From Puniceicoccales bacterium (lineage in GTDB: Bacteria > Verrucomicrobiota > Verrucomicrobiia > Opitutales > UBA953), in NCBI GenBank assembly GCA_031279675.1, contig JAITIB010000006.1, positions 1-37,960 on the forward strand: a stretch of DNA of 37,960 nucleotides. The letters run 5' to 3'. The notes under the pieces were generated by a model that saw nothing but the letters and a program-made list of their open reading frames with translations, was not told where the DNA came from and ran no database searches. Position numbers and translations under genes: made by a program. This document shows, one piece after another, positions 32,525 through 37,960 of this stretch (position 1 is its first letter; every line of letters begins with the position of its first letter).

Positions 32525-32805
32525 TGGTGGCTGCTTAGAAATATCGAGACGTGAAAAGTCGTGAAAGGGCGCGCAGCAAAAACGTTCGGGGCAATCGCGC
32601 AAGTTTTTTTTTCGACTTTATTTCCCCGGGTCCCTCCTGCCGCTCACAGTGCATCCGGAAATTTTTCGCCCCGGACGGGAGTTGGCCATGGGATGCATGA
32701 TTTCGGGAATACCTCCGGCAGGGTGTTTTGACGCGCCGGTTGCACCACCAAGGCGTATCCGTTTTCACATACATTGCAACGGGCCAGGGAGGCGCGTTCC
32801 GTTCG

Positions 32806-32850
32806 CAAAACAAAAATGCAAAACGGACGCGAAGGGTTTCGCGTCCGTTT
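32806..32850 (-). terminator. rho-independent terminator downstream of thymidine phosphorylase
   Basis: 13-bp stem AAACGGACGCGAA / TTCGCGTCCGTTT (32821-32833 / 32838-32850). On the minus strand it is followed by TGCATTTTTGTTTTG. Lies 41 nt past the stop at 32891. Confidence 0.7.
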
Positions 32851-32890
32851 GCGGCTGTGACAGGGAAAGCTTTGCGCCGGCAGGCTCGCC

Positions 32891-34225
32891 TCATGCGATG
32901 CGCTCGACAATGAGCGGCTCATCCTTGGGACGTTTCGGAGCGAGACGGTAGGCATCGCGGAAATAATGCAGCGAGGCATCCATGCGGGCCTCGTCGTTGT
33001 AGTGTATCATGATGAGTGGTTCCCCCTGCTTGACTTGGGTGCCCACTTTGCGGATGTCCGTGACACCGACAGCGGGGTCAAGGGTGCCATCCTTGCGGGC
33101 GGCGAGCACCTGCACGCCGCGAGCGATTTTCCCGGCATCGATCGTGTGAACGTATCCGCGCTTGGGGGCAGGGAGCTTGCGCACGTACTGCGCCTTGGGG
33201 AAAGTTTCCGGGTGGTCGATCCAGGTGGTGTCGCCACCCTGCGCCTTGACCATTTCGCGGAATTTGGCGAGCGCGGTGCCGTCGCGAAGGTGCTTGTCCA
33301 CGGTCTGCTTGGAGGAGAGGGTGGACCCGGCGACACCGGCAAGACGCACAATTTCCATGCCAAGCTTGGAAACGAGCTCCTTGAGATCCTCCGGCCCCCC
33401 GCCCTTGAGCAACTCGACCACTTCCTTGATCTCCAAGGCAGTGCCAACGGAATTGCCGAGGGGCTGGTTGCTGTCTGTGACGACGGCAACACAACGGCGG
33501 TTCATGCTGCGAGCGACGCGGGTGATGGTGCGCGCGAGCTGCCGCGCCTGTTCCTTGTCACGGATGAATGAGCCGTTACCCCACTTGATGTCTATCACCA
33601 AGCCTTCGCACCCCTCGGCGAGTTTCTTGGCAAGGAAACTTCCCGTGATGAGGGGGAGGCTGGTGATGGTGGCAGTGCTCTGGCGCAGGGCATAGAGAAT
33701 TTCATCGGCGGGCGCGATCTCGGGGCATTGCTCGACGATGGCTGTGCCGACCTTGGTCAGGACAGCGATGTAATCCTTGAGGGGCATCCTGCCCCGGAAT
33801 CCGGGAATGCTCGTGAGCTTTTCCACGGTCGTGATGGCGAAGTCCTCATCCTTGCCGTTCATGCAGGGGACGACGACACCGGAAGCGGCGGCAAGGGCGG
33901 CGAGGACAATGTTGGTTTTGTCCCCAACGCCCCCGGTGGACACTTTGCTGATCTTGGGAAGATGGATTTTTTCCAAGTCTATGACTTCGCCTGAGAGCAT
34001 CATCTCCTCGGCAAACGAGGCGGTTTCCTGCGCCGTCATTTGCTGGAAATAAATGGCCATTGCGAGGGCGGCTTGCTGGGACTCGGGCATCTCGCGGTCC
34101 ATGATGGAGTCAACGATGTGCCGGATTTCCTCGTTGGTGAATTCGCCTCCCTCACGTTTTTTCTCAATGAGGTAGGCAAACGACGGCTTCAATGCGCGCT
34201 TTGGTTCGGAAAGTTTTTCAGACAT
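32891..34225 (-). CDS. deoA: thymidine / pyrimidine-nucleoside phosphorylase
   Basis: Glycosyl-transferase family 3 blocks (A.AMA....MT..E...F...M..SG, KVSTGGVGDKT) and the PYNP C-terminal domain (...VGTQVKQGEPLIMIHYN). 444 aa. Confidence 0.9.
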   Translation of the reverse strand: MSEKLSEPKRALKPSFAYLIEKKREGGEFTNEEIRHIVDSIMDREMPESQQAALAMAIYFQQMTAQETASFAEEMMLSGEVIDLEKIHLPKISKVSTGGVGDKTNIVLAALAAASGVVVPCMNGKDEDFAITTVEKLTSIPGFRGRMPLKDYIAVLTKVGTAIVEQCPEIAPADEILYALRQSTATITSLPLITGSFLAKKLAEGCEGLVIDIKWGNGSFIRDKEQARQLARTITRVARSMNRRCVAVVTDSNQPLGNSVGTALEIKEVVELLKGGGPEDLKELVSKLGMEIVRLAGVAGSTLSSKQTVDKHLRDGTALAKFREMVKAQGGDTTWIDHPETFPKAQYVRKLPAPKRGYVHTIDAGKIARGVQVLAARKDGTLDPAVGVTDIRKVGTQVKQGEPLIMIHYNDEARMDASLHYFRDAYRLAPKRPKDEPLIVERIA

Positions 34226-34430
34226 GGATTATGGTTTTTAATCGGGAAAAGCCCCGCTGCTGGCAAAGTGACTCCGCAACGGGAAACCGTGCACTTGAGG
34301 AAATTTCCCATGGGTGTCGAGCACAAAATTTTTCAAAACCGTCATTTTCACCCTGAAAAACTTTTCTCCATTTTGGGTCTTGCCAAACGCAGCCCAAACC
34401 TTATCCGCAGGCATCCTTCAATTCATCCTT

Positions 34431-34622
34431 ATGATAGCCGAAACACAAAACCGCTCCAAGACACCGCTCGACTACGACTTCACCGACACAGAGGCGCTCT
34501 CCCGTTACGTAACCGAGACCGGACGCATCCTGCCACGCCGCATCACGGGACTGACTGCGCGCCAGCAACGCCACATCACCAAGACCATCAAGCGCGCCCG
34601 CAACATGCTCCTGATGAAGTAA
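34431..34622 (+). CDS. rpsR: 30S ribosomal protein S18 (short, 63 aa)
   Basis: Internal ATG at 34431. [49 protein letters not shown] is the S18 core. Not flanked by rpsF, ssb or rplI. Confidence 0.85.
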   Translation: MIAETQNRSKTPLDYDFTDTEALSRYVTETGRILPRRITGLTARQQRHITKTIKRARNMLLMK

Positions 34623-34662
34623 GTGTCCCGGACTCCATTCCTTTTACGCATCGACAGCCCAT

Positions 34663-34690
34663 GACGCGCCGGAAGTGCGCGTCTTTTTTT
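34663..34690 (+). terminator. rho-independent terminator after rpsR
   Basis: 7-bp stem GACGCGC / GCGCGTC (34663-34669 / 34677-34683) with a 7-nt loop, followed directly by T7 (34684-34690). Confidence 0.6.
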
Positions 34691-34705
34691 GCAGACGCAC
34701 CGTCC

Positions 34706-35734
34706 ATGCCAACGCCACCGCTGCCGCCATTTTTTCGCGACACCACCACCGATCTCATCCGCGTCGCCGCCCTGCTTCGCGCAGGAGAGCTGGTGGCATT
34801 GCCCACGGAAACCGTCTATGGACTCGCCGCCAACGCACTCGATGAAACCGCCGTGCGGCGCATCTTCACCGTCAAGGGACGCCCATTGATAGACCCCCTC
34901 ATCGTCCACGTCCCAACACTCGAAGCAGTGGCGCAAATCGCCACACCACCGCCCCGGCTCCGCCGCCTCGCGACACAATTCTGGCCCGGTCCGCTAACGG
35001 TCGTCCTGCGGAAAAAAAGGATCATCCCCGACCTTGTCACCGCAGGAACTCCGACAGTCGCCATCCGCATTCCACGACATCCCCTGATGCAAAAAGTGCT
35101 CTCACTGACAGGGTTGTTTTTGGCCGCCCCCAGCGCGAACCCGTTCGGCTACATCAGCCCCACACGCCCCGGACATGTGCGCGACTCGCTCGGCGAAAAA
35201 ACGCCATGGATACTCGACGGGGGCGAATGCGCACACGGGATCGAATCCACAATCCTTGATCTCACCAATCCCGCCACACCCCGCCTGTTGCGGACAGGCC
35301 CCGTGACGCGTGACGCATTGGAATCCGCCCTGAACCAGCCAGTCGCGCCACCGCCCAAAACACCCCCCGGCCAAGGAGGACATCCGGAACAGCCAACGGC
35401 ACAACCCGCGCCCGGGATGTTAACGCGGCACTACAGCCCGCGCACTCCCATTGTCCTGCGCAACCACGGCGCAGCAATACCGGTGTCACCACCCTCCCCT
35501 CTCCAACGCCGCGCAATTGTCTGGTTGCAACGCCCGGACAAGCCATCCACCGACGGCCTTGACTTCTGGTTGAGTGAAACCGGATCGCCGGAAGAAATTG
35601 GGCGCAACATTTTCGCGCTGCTGCGCCAGCTCGACTCCGGCCAATTCGACGTCATGCACGTCGAGTTGACGAACGGCACAGGATTGGGCGCGGCAATCAA
35701 CGACCGCCTGACCCGGGCCGCTGCAAAACCTTAG
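34706..35734 (+). CDS. tsaC: L-threonylcarbamoyladenylate synthase (YrdC domain + Sua5 C-terminal domain)
   Basis: LRAGELVALPTETVYGLAANALDE.AV.RIF..KGRP..DPLIVHV and SANPFG are YrdC/Sua5 blocks. The in-frame ATG at 34661 is also possible, but it lies inside the rpsR terminator stem. The first roughly 620 nt of the 564-aa track ORF overlap deoA and rpsR and are not coding. Confidence 0.85.
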   Translation: MPTPPLPPFFRDTTTDLIRVAALLRAGELVALPTETVYGLAANALDETAVRRIFTVKGRPLIDPLIVHVPTLEAVAQIATPPPRLRRLATQFWPGPLTVVLRKKRIIPDLVTAGTPTVAIRIPRHPLMQKVLSLTGLFLAAPSANPFGYISPTRPGHVRDSLGEKTPWILDGGECAHGIESTILDLTNPATPRLLRTGPVTRDALESALNQPVAPPPKTPPGQGGHPEQPTAQPAPGMLTRHYSPRTPIVLRNHGAAIPVSPPSPLQRRAIVWLQRPDKPSTDGLDFWLSETGSPEEIGRNIFALLRQLDSGQFDVMHVELTNGTGLGAAINDRLTRAAAKP

Positions 35735-35830
35735 CACCCACTCCCCTCGCGATTTTTTTGCCCCGCGAGGAACCTTTGCGGCAAAGCATTGTCTTCGCCA
35801 GCCTTCAGCCCAATTCCAAACCAACACGAT

Positions 35831-37222
35831 ATGCGAATCTCACTCATCCCCTCCACGTTTCTGCTCGCCGGGGCCATCGCCATGGCCCCGCTTCATGCGC
35901 AGGATTCCAACGGCACGCCTGATGTCGCCAAGCCCGAATACGTTCGCGCCGCGCTGGCAAAAATGACGCCTGCGGAAAAAGAAAAAGCCGTCCTCACGGC
36001 CACAAAACGCATCAGCGACCCCGGCACGGACGCCACCACGCGCGTCAGTCTCGTTCGCACCCTCGCCCTCCTGCAGTCGCCGGAGAGCATCCCCGCGCTG
36101 CGCCCCCTGCTCAACGACGCCACGCTCGCAGACGAGGCCCGCTACGCACTGCAACGCATTGCCAGCCCCGCCGCCAACGCCGCGCTCCTTGCCGCCCTGC
36201 GCGAGAGCACCGACACACGGATTCAAATCGGCCTCATCGAAAGCCTCGGCACTCTCCGGGAAGCCGCCGCAATCCCCACCCTCAAGGAACTGCTCAGGAA
36301 CACCAAGACCACCGAAGCCGCCCTGCGCTCCCTCTGCGCGATTGGCACCGTCGAAGCCTTCGCAATACTGCGCGACGCCACTATCGCCCCCACGCTGGCG
36401 GAACTTCACCGCGACCTCCTCATAGACATCTCCGCCAAACTTCTCGAATCGTCCAAAAGCGGGCTCAACCGCAAGGAAGTCCTCGCAGTCCTCACCCGGA
36501 TCTCGCAAAACACCGAGGACACCGAGGCCGGTTTCACCGCCTGGCTTCTCCGCTTCCGCTTTCTCGATGCGGACGCGGCGGCAGCCCTCACCGGAGCGGA
36601 TCCCGTCGCACGGCGAGCCGCCGCCATTTTCTTCAACGGATCGCGCGACATCGAATCCGGAAAAGTTCTTGAAAAGGCCCTCCTCAACACAAAGAGCAAT
36701 GACGTCGAGATCATCGCCGGCGCCCTCGTCAACCGCAACCAAACCAGCGCCGCACCCGCATTGCGCACACGCATCCAAGCCGAAAAAGACAGCTCCGCAA
36801 AAGCCGGCCTCGTCAAGGCTCTCGCCCAACTCGGTGGACCCGAGGACGTGAAAGCATTCGCCCAATGGGCCAAAAACCCCGCCCCCATCGGAGATGCCGC
36901 AAAGGAAGCCCTCAGGCAGGTTCGCGGGGCAAGCATCGCCGATGCCTTCACCAGCCTCATTGTCAATACCCGGACCGACAAGGAAACGCGGCTACTCCTC
37001 CTCAGCATCGTGATACGCCGTCCCCTCAACCAAGCACTGAAAGAACTCGTGCCCCTCTTGAACGATGCCGACGCCGATATCCGCATCGAAACAATGAAGA
37101 CCGTGGATCGCCTCGCATCCAAGGAGCACATCGAGCTTTTGGAAAAAACGAAGGGAAGTCTCACGGACAAAGACATCGCCACTCGCCTTTCCGATCGCAT
37201 CACCAAACTGCGCCGCCAATAA
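35831..37222 (+). CDS. secreted HEAT-repeat protein
   Basis: ATG at 35831 gives the signal peptide MRISLIPSTFLLAGAIAMAPLHAQ. Repeated blocks such as ..R..A...L..IG....A.P.L..LL.D... are PBS-lyase/HEAT-like. 463 aa. Confidence 0.7.
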   Translation: MRISLIPSTFLLAGAIAMAPLHAQDSNGTPDVAKPEYVRAALAKMTPAEKEKAVLTATKRISDPGTDATTRVSLVRTLALLQSPESIPALRPLLNDATLADEARYALQRIASPAANAALLAALRESTDTRIQIGLIESLGTLREAAAIPTLKELLRNTKTTEAALRSLCAIGTVEAFAILRDATIAPTLAELHRDLLIDISAKLLESSKSGLNRKEVLAVLTRISQNTEDTEAGFTAWLLRFRFLDADAAAALTGADPVARRAAAIFFNGSRDIESGKVLEKALLNTKSNDVEIIAGALVNRNQTSAAPALRTRIQAEKDSSAKAGLVKALAQLGGPEDVKAFAQWAKNPAPIGDAAKEALRQVRGASIADAFTSLIVNTRTDKETRLLLLSIVIRRPLNQALKELVPLLNDADADIRIETMKTVDRLASKEHIELLEKTKGSLTDKDIATRLSDRITKLRRQ

Positions 37223-37274
37223 AACCAGCCCGAAAACTCCGGGCAAAGGAACCCCCGCCCATTTTCGCATCACC

Positions 37275-37308
37275 AAGGCGCAACGAAAAACGTTGCGCCT
37301 TAATTTGT
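37275..37308 (+). terminator. rho-independent terminator after the HEAT-repeat gene
   Basis: 11-bp stem AAGGCGCAACG / CGTTGCGCCTT with an A5 loop, followed by AATTTGTG. Lies 53 nt past the stop. Confidence 0.6.
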
Positions 37309-37663
37309 GCCGTCACGAGACAGCTTGCCAAGGAGAAAACCATGGGATAGCGGCAACCGTGTGAAGGACAGAGCAGTTGTGCAATAAGAGTCTGGGCAAG
37401 CGTTCGCGAGGTATTCGGGCTCAGTTAATGTAAAAGTTCCACAGGCCGGCAGAGAGCAGGTTGAATTTGTCGTCGAGTTTGGGTAGCCGGGTTGCGATGT
37501 TTGTCGTGGCAGGCTCCGCGTTTGCTCGGCGAAAGATGCCCTATCCGGCGTTTTTCATCCACGATGACAATCGTCTTGCGCGCAGGTCTGCAGCATCCCG
37601 GGTAACTGGGCATGGCTGTCCGTCAGGGACGAGTTGGTTCACAGGTTTCGTTGGGTCTTCCCC

Positions 37664-37960
37664 CTACTCTCCTGTGGCGAGGAGGAGTTCGATGCATTTT
37701 TTGGCGGAGTCGGGGATTTTGGTGCCGGGGCCGAAGATGGCGGAGGCGCCTTCTTGGAAAAGGTATTCGTAGTCTTGGGGGGGGATGACGCCGCCGACGG
37801 TGATGAGGATGTCTTCGCGGCCGTGTTTTTTGAGTTCGGCAACGAGTTGGGGGAGGAGGGTTTTGTGGCCGGCGGCGAGGGAGGACATGCCGATGATGTG
37901 GACGTCGTTTTCGACGGCCTGGCGGGCGGTTTCTTCGGGGGTCTGGAAGAGGGGGCCGAC
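37664..37960 (-). CDS. methylmalonyl-CoA mutase, C-terminal cobalamin-binding domain (5' part outside window)
   Basis: Open from the window edge: [86 protein letters not shown]. This is the B12-binding domain with the DxHxxG-type context. TAG at 37664-37666. Confidence 0.85.
   Translation of the reverse strand, partial: VGPLFQTPEETARQAVENDVHIIGMSSLAAGHKTLLPQLVAELKKHGREDILITVGGVIPPQDYEYLFQEGASAIFGPGTKIPDSAKKCIELLLATGE

Noticed and set aside
34226-34430. Replication origin at the polarity switches (TTATCCGCA at 34401-34409; TCATCCACG near 37547-37555)
   Set aside because: There is only a single degenerate DnaA-box-like 9-mer at each site. There is no cluster of boxes, no obvious AT-rich unwinding element, and no dnaA, dnaN or gidA nearby. 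Seven switches cannot all be origins or termini.
37304-37663. Cobalamin riboswitch associated with the methylmalonyl-CoA mutase gene
   Set aside because: The region lies downstream of the 3' end of the mutase gene, not in a 5' leader. I could not recognise a B12-box-like element on either strand.

Overview
High-GC bacterial chromosomal window. PEP-CTERM sorting signal, prepilin-like giant protein and gene content suggest Verrucomicrobiota/Opitutae-like, but that is inference only. I found no rRNA, tRNA, transposase, integrase, CRISPR or recognisable defence genes.

Gene content, left to right:
- + strand, 1-4755: glyQS 3' end, a KamA-family radical-SAM aminomutase, a small compositionally distinct island (hypothetical protein, truncated DUF4406-like ORF, zinc-ribbon ORF), galE and a HIT protein.
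- Minus strand, 4775-17858: a 1247-aa GspK/PilX-like pseudopilin, then a co-directional fabH / BamD-like / LptE-like / rpe / rpoC run with no rpoB, and a PEP-CTERM protein.
- A roughly 890-bp divergent intergenic region holding a tandem repeat array.
- + strand, 18750-22674: a secreted hypothetical, a phasin-like protein, a UbiB/ABC1 kinase and an orphan YejB-like permease.
- Minus strand, 22704-34225: a CNNM/TlyC protein, a partial spc/alpha ribosomal cluster (rplF-rplR-rpsE-rplO-secY-map-rpsM-rpsK-rpsD-rpoA-rplQ) and thymidine phosphorylase.
- + strand, 34431-37222: rpsR, tsaC/sua5 and a HEAT-repeat protein.
- Minus strand: the 3' end of a methylmalonyl-CoA mutase.

Most notable observations:
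1. An array of 8.5 units of about 41 bp (18095-18437). Each unit carries a near-perfect Shine-Dalgarno sequence TAAGGAGG plus a phased A-tract. It is non-coding and not CRISPR-like.
2. A mosaic of synonymous-site G/C strand polarity, with about seven switches in 38 kb. Two of the switches fall inside genes.
3. Several broken universally conserved operons: rpoC without rpoB, the spc cluster cut at rplF, and a solitary rpsR.
4. Low-complexity extensions on S5, S11 and L17, and an extra C-terminal hydrophobic helix on SecY.

All functional calls come from reading the translated ORFs. No database search was run.
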